A DNA stretch of 53,499 nt from Candidatus Bathyarchaeota archaeon (GTDB lineage: Archaea > Thermoproteota > Bathyarchaeia > 40CM-2-53-6), in assembly GCA_005881615.1 (NCBI GenBank), contig VBBR01000036.1:4847-58345 (forward strand), in the 5' to 3' direction. A program made the position numbers and the translations under genes. Position 1 is the stretch's first letter. Every line of letters begins with the position of its first letter. The notes beneath the pieces are model-generated. The model did no database searches. It was not told the origin of the DNA and saw nothing but the letters and a program-made list of their open reading frames with translations. Positions 10,005 to 19,094 of this stretch are shown here, one piece after another.

Positions 10005-10886
10005 CTAGCGAGCTTTAGCTTTGACTACTTCCTTCTGTTGTGGTTGTGATGGCCAGAGCTGGTCGAACATTTTCTCGTGCGCTTTCACCAGCAACGGATC
10101 ATTTGTCCATGTAGCTACATCTTGTCCTGTCGCTACGTTTGTATCGTCAGGGATGTCTTCTGTGAAGATAATCTCTGCAGAGTCGGCGGTGAGGAATTTT
10201 ACCATCGGGCCGGCTGAGTTTCTGACTTCTATGACTTCTCCTAGTTCTCTTGCTACACTCTGGTTAGTCTGGTTTATCGGTGCTGCGACTCTGACCTTGG
10301 CTCCTCGTTCAGCGGCTTTCTCGAGAACTTCTGAGTGAGCTTTGTAGATTCTCACTAGCCCGTTCGCTGTGGTTGTGAAGAAAACGTTGACCTTGGCTTC
10401 GCCGATCATGTCTTGGACGCGCTTGTAGACCTTGTCTCTGCCTCTAACGCTCCAGAGATCGTATCTCTCGTATGGTTTCTCCGTATAGACGTATCTTGAG
10501 GATTCGAACGCCATAGCCAGGTTTTCGACGACCTGGACGCATTCCGTTGTCTCTTTGTTGAGTTTCTCGACTAGCGGTATGAGTACGTCGTTTAGCGAGA
10601 CGGCCATGTACCTTTCTGGTTTGCCTGGTACGATCCGCAACAATCCCTTACTTTCTAGTCCGCGGATGGCGCCGTAGGTTTTTGGCCTCGGAACTTTGCC
10701 GAGGAAGCTGATCTCGCTGGCGTTTCTGGGCCCCATCTTTGTCAGTACGACGTAGATCCGGGCTTCGTACTCTGTCAGTCCTAATTTCATTAGGGACTGT
10801 ACGCTGAATTCGTCTGCGGCCAACACTTTCACTCCTAGGCTTCTGTCGTTGTCGTTTGCGACGGGATTTAAAATAGACGATGTCAT
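10005..10886 (-). CDS. TrmB family transcriptional regulator
   Basis: LGLTEYEARIY, VPRPKTYGAIRGLESKGL, GKPERY; PLD-like effector domain; ATG overlaps the peptidase stop (TAATG). Confidence 0.92.
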   Translation of the reverse strand: MTSSILNPVANDNDRSLGVKVLAADEFSVQSLMKLGLTEYEARIYVVLTKMGPRNASEISFLGKVPRPKTYGAIRGLESKGLLRIVPGKPERYMAVSLNDVLIPLVEKLNKETTECVQVVENLAMAFESSRYVYTEKPYERYDLWSVRGRDKVYKRVQDMIGEAKVNVFFTTTANGLVRIYKAHSEVLEKAAERGAKVRVAAPINQTNQSVARELGEVIEVRNSAGPMVKFLTADSAEIIFTEDIPDDTNVATGQDVATWTNDPLLVKAHEKMFDQLWPSQPQQKEVVKAKAR

Positions 10887-11698
10887 TATGAAACCCCCAC
10901 GGCTCTGAAAAAGAGCCACATCAGCAAATCACCAATCACAACGGTCACGACCAGGCTCGCAGTCATGAATACTAGATGAGGAAGACCAGGGGTAACCCAG
11001 ACACCATCCGAGAATAGCCCCTGATCCTTGTATCCCTGAAGCCCTGCCACAAGTTTGTCTCGTTCCTCATCTACAGAAGAAACGAGATGCAGGTGTCTCA
11101 CAGGCCGAGAATCAACAACAGCCACCTGTTCCGCCGGGTACAGATGTGTGCTGGATTGCAGCACATTGAAACTGGTCTTGTACGAAGTCAGAAGAACCAA
11201 AGCTTTTCTCAAAATCGATTCTTTCTCGAACCCTTGAAAGAGACCCTTGCCCGCGGAAGACCTCGACAGTACGTTCTTTCCCAATAGAATGAACATCATA
11301 CTGATAGAGAGCAGGAACGAGTTGACAAGAATCGCGATTGGAAACGGATAGAAAACCAGCGGACCTTGCCAAAGCGGAGAGAGAAAAGCCGGAGCAACTG
11401 GAAGAGCGAGAGCGATACACATCAAGGCTTTGCTGTCAGCTCCACCCATCGCTCCGAACTGGAAGAGAAGGAACGCGACCACAATGGTCGCTGCGGCAGA
11501 GACGAGGAGAATCACGGCCGTATCCGGGGAAAAAACGATTCGCCCTATGAACAAGACGGCTGCTATGGGAGCGTAGATTATCCAGAATCTATTGGAGACC
11601 TCTCGAGTCTTCAGATCGCTGAGTGACGCCACTATGAGCACTCCCAAGCTGATAATGAGAGCTGCCAGATCGATGCTCGACGGCGTAGCGGTACTCAT
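10886..11698 (-). CDS. A24 prepilin/prearchaellin peptidase (PibD/ArlK-like)
   Basis: ASLSDLKTREV, GGADSKAL (GxGD aspartyl motif), C-terminal VWVTPGLP. Confidence 0.92.
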   Translation of the reverse strand: MSTATPSSIDLAALIISLGVLIVASLSDLKTREVSNRFWIIYAPIAAVLFIGRIVFSPDTAVILLVSAAATIVVAFLLFQFGAMGGADSKALMCIALALPVAPAFLSPLWQGPLVFYPFPIAILVNSFLLSISMMFILLGKNVLSRSSAGKGLFQGFEKESILRKALVLLTSYKTSFNVLQSSTHLYPAEQVAVVDSRPVRHLHLVSSVDEERDKLVAGLQGYKDQGLFSDGVWVTPGLPHLVFMTASLVVTVVIGDLLMWLFFRAVGVS

Positions 11699-11756
11699 CG
11701 ACTTTCAGTTTTCCCGCTTTACATTGGAATCGGGCATATCAGTTCTGAAACCAACA

Positions 11757-12971
11757 CTAGTGATGGTCGGTACTACTCAGCATGGTTCCGCTAACCTTCG
11801 CAAGGTGGGTTGGCTTCGAGGCATCGACTCCAGGGATTACCGTAGGCGTCGGGTTCCCAATCAACGCTTCAGCTGCCTCGCCTTTTGAACGGTCGAACCT
11901 CAACCGCCCACACCGTGAGATGTTTATCGCAGCAACCACATCACGGTCGACCCAAATCTCACACTTCCAGCACCGAAGAGCTCTTCTTGGTCTGCCGTCC
12001 GATTGGAGTCTCTCCCCGTATTTCGGACAGATGCTACTGGTCCCAAATGTCTCACGTCTCGACAAACGTACAACGGGTAAACCTATCCAAGCCGCTTTAT
12101 ACTCGATCTGAGATTGAGCCTTGCCAAATGACCATCCGTTCATCCTCCCTCGGAAGCTCTTCCCCTGCCAGTTTCCCTTTCGGTAGAGTCGTCGTATCCC
12201 GCGGATGCTCTCTAATACAACTGCCTTCTTTTCTTCGAACGCTCGGTGCACAATCGATTTCGTGGCATTGTGAAGGAGATTAAGGGCACGGTTTTGTCGG
12301 CGCTTACCATATTTCATCGCAAGCCTCTGCCCGATCCGGCGATCGTTTCTCTTGAAGGACGATACTATGCTCACGGTTGTGTTGGCTATTTCAACGGCCA
12401 TAGACAGATCGTATTGGATAACTGTCTCTTCGTCTCCGCAAGTCAAGTTGCGCAGGTTTCGGTCAACACCTACCGTGCCTGTGCACTCAAGCGTCACAAC
12501 CTCCTTTGAGATACAGAGACTCAGTGTGGTAGCAGTAAGTGTGAAGGAGCGCACACGCAGGGTTTTGTCGGATAGTACTAAGGCGGTATGCTTCGTCAGA
12601 GGAATTGTTTCGTATGCCTTTCGGCCTATCGGTATTTGCAAGTGACCATTCTGAATCTTGAAGTTGTAGCACGAGATCAGCAGGGGCTTAACTGCGTATG
12701 GACTCTTTGTAGCGAAACCTCTCCTCAGAGATTTCTTTCTTGAGGCCAAGATACCTGCGGCTCGGGATATTGCACAGAGCTTGTAGCAGGATGGAGAAGG
12801 GTAGCCCTTGAGCTCTCTGTATGAGAGGAGGCACAGACTCTTGAGGGACGAGACATTCTGCGAAAGCCCGATCACTATGCATCGATTTACCATTCTTCTG
12901 AATAAGTCGAGAAGTTCCAGAACCTCGGTCGACGGAGAATAGTTCTGCTTTACTGACTTTTTTGCAAGCAC
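11757..12971 (-). CDS. tnpB: TnpB RNA-guided endonuclease (IS200/IS605-type), no adjacent transposase
   Basis: RuvC-I VGVDRN, RuvC-II VLESI, QIEYKAAW, Zn finger CPKY/CWKC, RuvC-III DRDVVAAINI. Confidence 0.92.
   Translation of the reverse strand: MLAKKSVKQNYSPSTEVLELLDLFRRMVNRCIVIGLSQNVSSLKSLCLLSYRELKGYPSPSCYKLCAISRAAGILASRKKSLRRGFATKSPYAVKPLLISCYNFKIQNGHLQIPIGRKAYETIPLTKHTALVLSDKTLRVRSFTLTATTLSLCISKEVVTLECTGTVGVDRNLRNLTCGDEETVIQYDLSMAVEIANTTVSIVSSFKRNDRRIGQRLAMKYGKRRQNRALNLLHNATKSIVHRAFEEKKAVVLESIRGIRRLYRKGNWQGKSFRGRMNGWSFGKAQSQIEYKAAWIGLPVVRLSRRETFGTSSICPKYGERLQSDGRPRRALRCWKCEIWVDRDVVAAINISRCGRLRFDRSKGEAAEALIGNPTPTVIPGVDASKPTHLAKVSGTMLSSTDHH
11784..11909 (-). ncRNA. Putative omega-RNA scaffold / right end of the tnpB element
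   Basis: Overlaps the tnpB 3' end, as TnpB omega-RNAs do; homology to the 351-bp repeats stops at GGTTCC (11784); subterminal hairpin. Confidence 0.65.
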
Positions 12972-13114
12972 AGGGCACCGATTCTGGAACGCGCCCAGTT
13001 AGGTCGAAGAGAGACCCGAAAATGAATCAGCACAGGCCTCCCTAACTTCATAAGGTGTTCGGCCGAAAGCTTAAAACTGAACAGCCCAGACCTCAAACTC
13101 GGCTGTTCCAAAAA

Positions 13115-13348
13115 ATGCCTATGGCTTTCGTTCTGATAAAGGCCGAGATCGGATCCGAAGACCAAGTCGTCAAGGAACTAAAGTCGGTTCCACAGGTCAA
13201 AGAGGCTTACATGGTCTACGGAGTATACGACATCGTCGCAAAGGTCTCTGCTGACACCATGGACAAGCTGAAAGAGATCATCACCTGGAAAGTACGCCAT
13301 CTCAATAAGGTAAAATCCACTCTCACTATGATAGTGATCGAGAACTAG
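13115..13348 (+). CDS. Lrp/AsnC ligand-binding (RAM) domain protein
   Basis: MAFVLIKAEIG...VYGVYDIVAKV...VKSTLTMIV. Confidence 0.9.
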   Translation: MPMAFVLIKAEIGSEDQVVKELKSVPQVKEAYMVYGVYDIVAKVSADTMDKLKEIITWKVRHLNKVKSTLTMIVIEN

Positions 13349-13384
13349 TACAGCCCTCAAGTCCTATTCTTAGACTCCACTTTC

Positions 13385-14761
13385 ATGGAATCTCGCCCAG
13401 TGCTAACTGAGTTTCACATCGGAATCGACGACACCGATTCAAGACTCGGAGGATGCACTACATACACTGCGACTGTTCTCTTCCAAGAATTAGTATCGAA
13501 GGGATTCAAACCCCTCGATTTCCCCTGGCTGGTCAGGCTTAACCCTAACACTCCTTGGAAAACGCGAGGAAACGGAGCCATCTCACTACACTTCGTTCTC
13601 GAAGAAGAACAACTGCAAGAGGTCAAGAAAATAGCTGTTGCAGTTGTCGAACGGACTACCGACCTCAACCAGCGGTCAACAGACCCAGCTGTTGTATTCC
13701 TCAAAGGTCTGGTACCAAGTCCATTGGGTGAATTTTCTATGCGAGCACTGCACGATATTCTATCCGTCAAAGAAGCTCGACACATCGCCAATGCAGTAGG
13801 CGCGGAAACCCACTTGCTCAAAGGGTCCCGGGGACTCGTCGGAGCATTAGCAAGTGTTGGAGCCGAATTCGGCCAAGATCACACTTTTGAGATCATAGCG
13901 TATCGAACGCATGAAAATCGTGGGAGTGTAAGAAGGGTGAACCAAGATTCTGTTCGACAGATGGACGCGATGTATCGGGGATCGACTTTCAACAATATTG
14001 ACCCTGAAACAGGGCGAGTGCTCATTTGCCCCCACGGCCCGGACCCTGTGCTATTTGGAATCCGGGGCGAGGACCCTGCCAATCTCGTAAACGCGTGCGC
14101 GCTAGTTGGCGTTGAAGAACAGGTTGAAAGGATCATGGTCTTCAAGACCAACCAGGGCACAGACGCCCATCTCAATTGTCGTAGGACCATTCGGGTCCTC
14201 CGACCCTATCAGTCTACTGTGATTGCCGGAACGATAAGCGATACCCCTCGGATTATTCGAGGAGGCCACACAATTTTCGAAACAAGCGACGAGACAGGAT
14301 CGATCGACTGCGCAGCCTATAGCAAGACCGGAACTATGCGCGAAACCGCTACCCACCTAATCCCTGGAGACATGGTCATTGTTTCAGGTGGAATTCGCCT
14401 TCGGCGGATCGGAGAATTGACTCTGAATGTTGAAAAGCTGGAAGTAACAGGATTGGCTAATGCAATCCGGTGGGAAAACCCTCTTTGTTCAGACTGCGGA
14501 ACACGCTGCGAATCCATGGGTAATGGTCAGGGCTTCCGATGTAGAAAATGCAACCTCCATTTCCGAAAAGCGTCTAAGAGCCCAAAGTCGGAACCTCGGG
14601 CGATCATGCGTGGAATATATCTCCCACCACCTAGAGCGCATCGTCACTTGACGAAGCCCGCCTCAAGGTACGGGTTCCGCACACCAAAACCTTCCAATGC
14701 TAGTCGTGCTATAATTGACTCAACATTAGGGTCGTTGGTTTCTGTTCCTGTTGTTTCGTAA
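13385..14761 (+). CDS. tiaS: tRNA(Ile2) agmatinylcytidine synthetase
   Basis: IGIDDTDS, GGCTTY, LVRLNPNTPWKTRGNGA, PHGPDPVLFGIRG, TNQGTDAH, OB fold, Zn ribbon, RHLTKP. Confidence 0.95.
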   Translation: MESRPVLTEFHIGIDDTDSRLGGCTTYTATVLFQELVSKGFKPLDFPWLVRLNPNTPWKTRGNGAISLHFVLEEEQLQEVKKIAVAVVERTTDLNQRSTDPAVVFLKGLVPSPLGEFSMRALHDILSVKEARHIANAVGAETHLLKGSRGLVGALASVGAEFGQDHTFEIIAYRTHENRGSVRRVNQDSVRQMDAMYRGSTFNNIDPETGRVLICPHGPDPVLFGIRGEDPANLVNACALVGVEEQVERIMVFKTNQGTDAHLNCRRTIRVLRPYQSTVIAGTISDTPRIIRGGHTIFETSDETGSIDCAAYSKTGTMRETATHLIPGDMVIVSGGIRLRRIGELTLNVEKLEVTGLANAIRWENPLCSDCGTRCESMGNGQGFRCRKCNLHFRKASKSPKSEPRAIMRGIYLPPPRAHRHLTKPASRYGFRTPKPSNASRAIIDSTLGSLVSVPVVS

Positions 14762-14868
14762 TCCAAGGGCATCCATAGGATTTTCGCCATCTCAAGTCTG
14801 CCATGCGGAGCTCAAAGTTGGTTTGCCAGACTGTTGCGGCCTAGTTCTGGTGAACTTTACTGCGCAGA

Positions 14869-16119
14869 TTACCAACAGGGAGGACAGATTCTGTTTTCTA
14901 GGCGTGACTGCATTGGCAGTCCAAGCCCTACGGAAAAGTAGAGGTATCCATCCACAAAGTTGGCGTGTGACGAGACGAAGATGAAGTAGATGTAGTTCCA
15001 CGGGAGTGGGAACGATGAAGCAGGCGGAGTCCAGCCCATCGTAATCTGGGCCATATCTCCAACCGGAATTATGATCGGAAGCTTTGTGCAGTTCAAGGAC
15101 TGTGTTGTTCCACACTGGACCTGGTGTCCAGAAGCAAGCTGCCACGTTAGGTTGCCGGCCAATGGGATATTGGTCATGTAGGCTGAGACAAACTTCACTG
15201 GTATCGATCCTGTGTTCAAGACGTCCACCTCGACGTTGCCGATGCAGACGCCTTGGCTCCCGCCCGAGATTATGTTGTATCCGGTGCCGCACCAGCCGTT
15301 GGTGCCGTATTTTGCAACGCCGTTCACGGTATTCGAGGCAACTACGACAACACCGTTTTGGTCAAGGTCAAGACTCCCTACCGTATTGCCGATTATCGAA
15401 CCCTGATCGGCGCTTTCAACCTCCAGCCTCCCGGAAACATGATTCCCTACGAAAAAGGTCTGATGACCAACCTCGTTCTCCACCTGTCCAGTTACGGTCG
15501 AGTTAGTCATGGTGAACGTGCCCCCACTACCACCACCGTACATTGCAGAGCAGCAACCGTCATGGGGTATTGACAAATTGCCGGAGGTGTTGAGTGAACT
15601 CCCTGAAATATTGGTGGCTTGTACGTTGTACAAGCCCGTCCATCCGTAGACGTTAGCGTTCCTCAGGGTTATGCTTTGTGAGTAATTGCCGATCAAATCC
15701 CCGTTAATGGTGGCTCTTACCACGGTCAAGTTGGCACCAGTCATCACAAACACGTTGTGAACTGATGCGGTAATCACGCAGACGCCATTGATCGGGACAA
15801 TGACGTCCCCAGAGTATGGTGACGTAATGGACCCGTTGCATGTCGTGAATGGACTCGAAGGGGAACATCCTATGGGCGACCCCGTGCACGAATCCACGGT
15901 CTCGGGTATCCTTTGGACAAATGTTGCGAATTGGCCTCGTACCGTATTGAATTTTTCTGAGTATGCGGCGCCTGCATTATCTTGGCCAGTTTGGGATGTG
16001 AAGGTGGGCACTACCCAGACGTAGATGATTGTGGACATGATTATTACGATGACAACCATCAATACTTCTGCGACGATCGGCGCCATTCCCTTTCGTGAGC
16101 GACGGAACGAGGAGAGCAC
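14869..16119 (-). CDS. Minor pilin with inserted right-handed beta-helix domain (adhesin candidate)
   Basis: RSRKG|MAPIVAEVLMV signal; repeated GNxV/SNTV turns; pilin-core VDVLNTGSIPV near the C-terminus; Cys-rich. Confidence 0.75.
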   Translation of the reverse strand: MLSSFRRSRKGMAPIVAEVLMVVIVIIMSTIIYVWVVPTFTSQTGQDNAGAAYSEKFNTVRGQFATFVQRIPETVDSCTGSPIGCSPSSPFTTCNGSITSPYSGDVIVPINGVCVITASVHNVFVMTGANLTVVRATINGDLIGNYSQSITLRNANVYGWTGLYNVQATNISGSSLNTSGNLSIPHDGCCSAMYGGGSGGTFTMTNSTVTGQVENEVGHQTFFVGNHVSGRLEVESADQGSIIGNTVGSLDLDQNGVVVVASNTVNGVAKYGTNGWCGTGYNIISGGSQGVCIGNVEVDVLNTGSIPVKFVSAYMTNIPLAGNLTWQLASGHQVQCGTTQSLNCTKLPIIIPVGDMAQITMGWTPPASSFPLPWNYIYFIFVSSHANFVDGYLYFSVGLGLPMQSRLENRICPPCW

Positions 16120-16511
16120 GGCTACTCACTAGTCGTTACGTCACTTCGTAGCAAAAGGAGCGTGTTACACGTGCTAGGGTCTCTTCAGGACAGCCCTAGT
16201 TTCTCGCTCTTGCTTTTCTCCGGAGGCTCTTGAGGGGAACGAAGGAACCCTCACCTGAAGAGCAATGATCATTTTCACGGGCTCCAAGGTAAGGCTATGA
16301 CAGGAGCACCTCTGGTTTCGCTTGGGGGATTTTTCCATTTTCAATCCACGTCCCAAGACATCTCTTCTCGCCGAACACGCTTCCCGTAATTTGGGAGGCT
16401 AGGGCGCGGATGAAGTGACAACTCGAAGCCAAACCTGAACAGGGTCGCAAAGATGGCTTTGTTCGAGGGCATGGAAAAGAAGAAAAGCACGTCATCTGAA
16501 GCTCCGGGCGT

Positions 16512-16638
16512 AGCGGGGTGGGGTAGCCAGGTTTAACCCGCAGGGCTCATAACCCTGAGATTGATCGATGCGAGTTCGATCCTCAAGCGGTGGTTCGAAG
16601 GGCCCGTGTGGGACCCGAAAATCCACCCCCCGCTACCA
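16512..16638 (+). tRNA. Initiator tRNA-Met(CAU) with introns at 47/48 (16562-16587) and 59/60 (16600-16621)
   Basis: A1:U72 pair, GGG/CCC anticodon stem, CTCATAA loop, encoded CCA; both inserts fold as BHB motifs and removing them restores AGATC and TTCGAAT. Confidence 0.93.
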
Positions 16639-16671
16639 AGGTTAGCGACTTACTGGTTTCACTCGGAAGTG

Positions 16672-17322
16672 TCAGGGTTCATTAACGCTGTCCACATGAA
16701 GAACCGGCGTGAGGCGGATCTGATTGGTGCCATCAATCACTATGTGCGGACGATCTACAATTATGCTTGTTGTCATCTGACCACTTATTCTGGCGTCCGG
16801 GGTTAGTGGGACTTTCAGCATTTCACTCGGGACGCCGACTGTTTTGACGCTGACCAACCCTGACCAGTCTTTGACCGCCGCTACCGCATTGGAGACATGC
16901 AGCCGGATCATCGTAATGTTTTCCGCGGGAATCTCGGCGGAAGCGATCAGAGCCAAGACATTGGTGGGTTTGAGCAAGTCTATTGTGGTAGTAGTCCAGT
17001 GTGGGATTGGCACCCAACTATCGTTCGGGTCCCCGCTCTTGTGCAGCGAAGCAGAGTCGATTGTGACGTTAAGGCTGACTATGTTGGCGGCGGGTTTCCC
17101 GGATGATTGGATGACGCGCGGAGTCGCGGACGAGAACGCAACTTGAGTAGCTATCGGCTGATTGCTTAGTATATCCGATTGTATACCGGAAAAGTAGATT
17201 GAAAGAGTACCGTCTTTAGCCAGAAATGGAGCGGGTACCACTTGGAAAGCGGCTATCGTTGACCCGGCTATGAGCAGGCCGAAAAGGCCGTAGATAACCA
17301 TCCTTCTGGTTGCTAGGTCCAC
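16672..17322 (-). CDS. DUF4382-like membrane-anchored surface protein
   Basis: N-terminal TM; LNVTIDSASLH, TIDLL, ITMIRLHV, VPSEMLKV. Confidence 0.75.
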   Translation of the reverse strand: MDLATRRMVIYGLFGLLIAGSTIAAFQVVPAPFLAKDGTLSIYFSGIQSDILSNQPIATQVAFSSATPRVIQSSGKPAANIVSLNVTIDSASLHKSGDPNDSWVPIPHWTTTTIDLLKPTNVLALIASAEIPAENITMIRLHVSNAVAAVKDWSGLVSVKTVGVPSEMLKVPLTPDARISGQMTTSIIVDRPHIVIDGTNQIRLTPVLHVDSVNEP

Positions 17323-17401
17323 AGTCTATTCCTCCTACGTTAATGTCACTCTGTCAATTAACTCAACGATTTTGAACACCTGTTCTAGATTTTGACGGGT
17401 T

Positions 17402-17854
17402 CTAGGGTCGCTGCCTCCATGTCTTGATGGCTTCAAACCAGAAGATTGCTGAGCCCAGCCCGCCGAAGAGGAGGCCGAAGAACGCGAAGAAATCTACAGT
17501 TACTAGATTTAGTACATAGTAGACGGTTAGGACTGTGAAGAAGACAGCGTAGAGGGAGAATCTGGGCACGAAAAACTGCCCGGGGAGCTTCATGAACTGC
17601 TTTAGAACGTCCACTTTCACCTCTTTGATCAGCTTGTACCCTCCGGGGTCCCTGGAGACGAGGCCGAGGTCTCGGAGCTTGTCCAGATGGTACAACGCGA
17701 GGGTTGGGCTTGAGAAACTCAAGGCCCTCTGAGCCTCACGAACACCGACCGTCTGATTCGACGCGTTCATCACGAACCAGTACACCCTCAATGTATTGCC
17801 TTTGAGCTCGCTCGCAATCCTGTCAGCGCTGACCTCTGTCGAGCCCGAAGACAT
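17402..17854 (-). CDS. Membrane-anchored wHTH transcriptional regulator
   Basis: LKGNTLRVYW..GVREAQRALSFSSPTLALYHLDKLRDLGLV plus two C-terminal TM helices. Confidence 0.8.
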   Translation of the reverse strand: MSSGSTEVSADRIASELKGNTLRVYWFVMNASNQTVGVREAQRALSFSSPTLALYHLDKLRDLGLVSRDPGGYKLIKEVKVDVLKQFMKLPGQFFVPRFSLYAVFFTVLTVYYVLNLVTVDFFAFFGLLFGGLGSAIFWFEAIKTWRQRP

Positions 17855-18148
17855 AGAATGCCGCTCCGTTTCTCGGTAGGGACCTGGTGTGGTAGTTAAG
17901 GGTAGGCCAGCCCAACGCATCAGGACGCTTCGTCGAAATATTCTGCTGCCTCCGTAAGCGTCCCATATGGTAAGATGCATCCGTAATGACATTCATGGCT
18001 GGCGCGCTCTCGAGTCGCGGAAAAATACTAAAGGCCCGCGCTTCTCTAGGCTGCTTAATCATCGACGTTGTATATGATAGAGGGCCAGCGATTATCTTCA
18101 TTTCTCGGCGGACTGTTACCGTTGCGCGGAAAAATAGAAGGAAGTTTT

Positions 18149-18697
18149 CTAGGGCAGGTCGAAGCTGAACGTCAATGCGTTCGGGGACATCGCTTCAAAG
18201 CGGACGGTGCTAGGAATCGTGCTCTGAATCATGGACGACACATATTCCTTCGTGAAGATCGAGAAGTTGAGGTTGACATCATGGTGGACTGTGTAGAAAT
18301 GTGTCTTCCCATCATAATGATGCTTACATGCGTCAAAGTGGCTCGACCAGACCTCCATGTACTCAAGGACAGTTCGAGGACTAATCTGTTGAAATAGAAA
18401 TAGAATCTCTTCTCGCCCAGTGGTCTCGCCGAGCTTCCTGGCGATTTCGGCGATCTTGTCCTTTGGCATTGACTGAAACACCTCTCTGAGAAGGTCTTTG
18501 TTGACAGGGAGGAGCTTCAGTCTACCCGCAAATTGTCCCCAGCTCGCGTAGCGGGTGAATATCTGCGTTACGAGGGTATTGAGAGCGACACCGGTCTTCC
18601 GGGCTTCACTTTCAAGAATCAGCCGGAGATTGCTAGGGACCCTGAACGACACTGTTTCAGTCTTGGTCCTTGGTCTGGAAGACCGAGTATGACTCAC
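18149..18697 (-). CDS. Ribbon-helix-helix domain protein
   Basis: TVSFRVPSNLRLILESEARKTGVALNTLVTQIF. Confidence 0.75.
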   Translation of the reverse strand: MSHTRSSRPRTKTETVSFRVPSNLRLILESEARKTGVALNTLVTQIFTRYASWGQFAGRLKLLPVNKDLLREVFQSMPKDKIAEIARKLGETTGREEILFLFQQISPRTVLEYMEVWSSHFDACKHHYDGKTHFYTVHHDVNLNFSIFTKEYVSSMIQSTIPSTVRFEAMSPNALTFSFDLP

Positions 18698-19094
18698 AGG
18701 ATCTGCTCCCGGCTAAGAGAGTGCAAGTTTGCAGCAAGTCTCATTCTCTCTTCCACGGAATAAAGCCTTTCTCTCAAGAAAAAGGTAAAATCATTCTTTG
18801 GACGGTTATGGATACCCTTTGATATACCGACGACCTCTAGCTTTGTTCAATCTGATTATAGCCTCCAGAGAAGCTACGGAGAACAGGGATATCTACGCTC
18901 GCGTCTTGCGAGAGCGTAATCGCAGTGTCGATGAAGAGAAATTCTCGTTATTCCGCACAGCTGAGGCTCGCCGCGCGTACATGGCCGGCTCGTGATGAGC
19001 CCGTGTAAATCTTAGAACACTTCTTCTGTGCCATGCTAAGGTTCTCGAGAACAAAAAGAAAAAGGGAAGAGGAGGCGCGTAGTGCGCACCTGTT

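Noticed and set aside
71-11698. Archaellum operon
   Set aside because: The subunits look like pilins, there are two TadC genes, and no ArlF/G or archaellin signature is visible
11764-11783. tnpB guide resembling the pilin repeat (GTGCCGAGTAGT) or 27868-27877
   Set aside because: Only 10 of 12 or 10 contiguous matches, which is plausible by chance in a window of this size
13385-16638. The CAT-anticodon tRNA as the TiaS substrate tRNA-Ile2
   Set aside because: A1:U72 and three consecutive G:C pairs in the anticodon stem identify it as initiator Met
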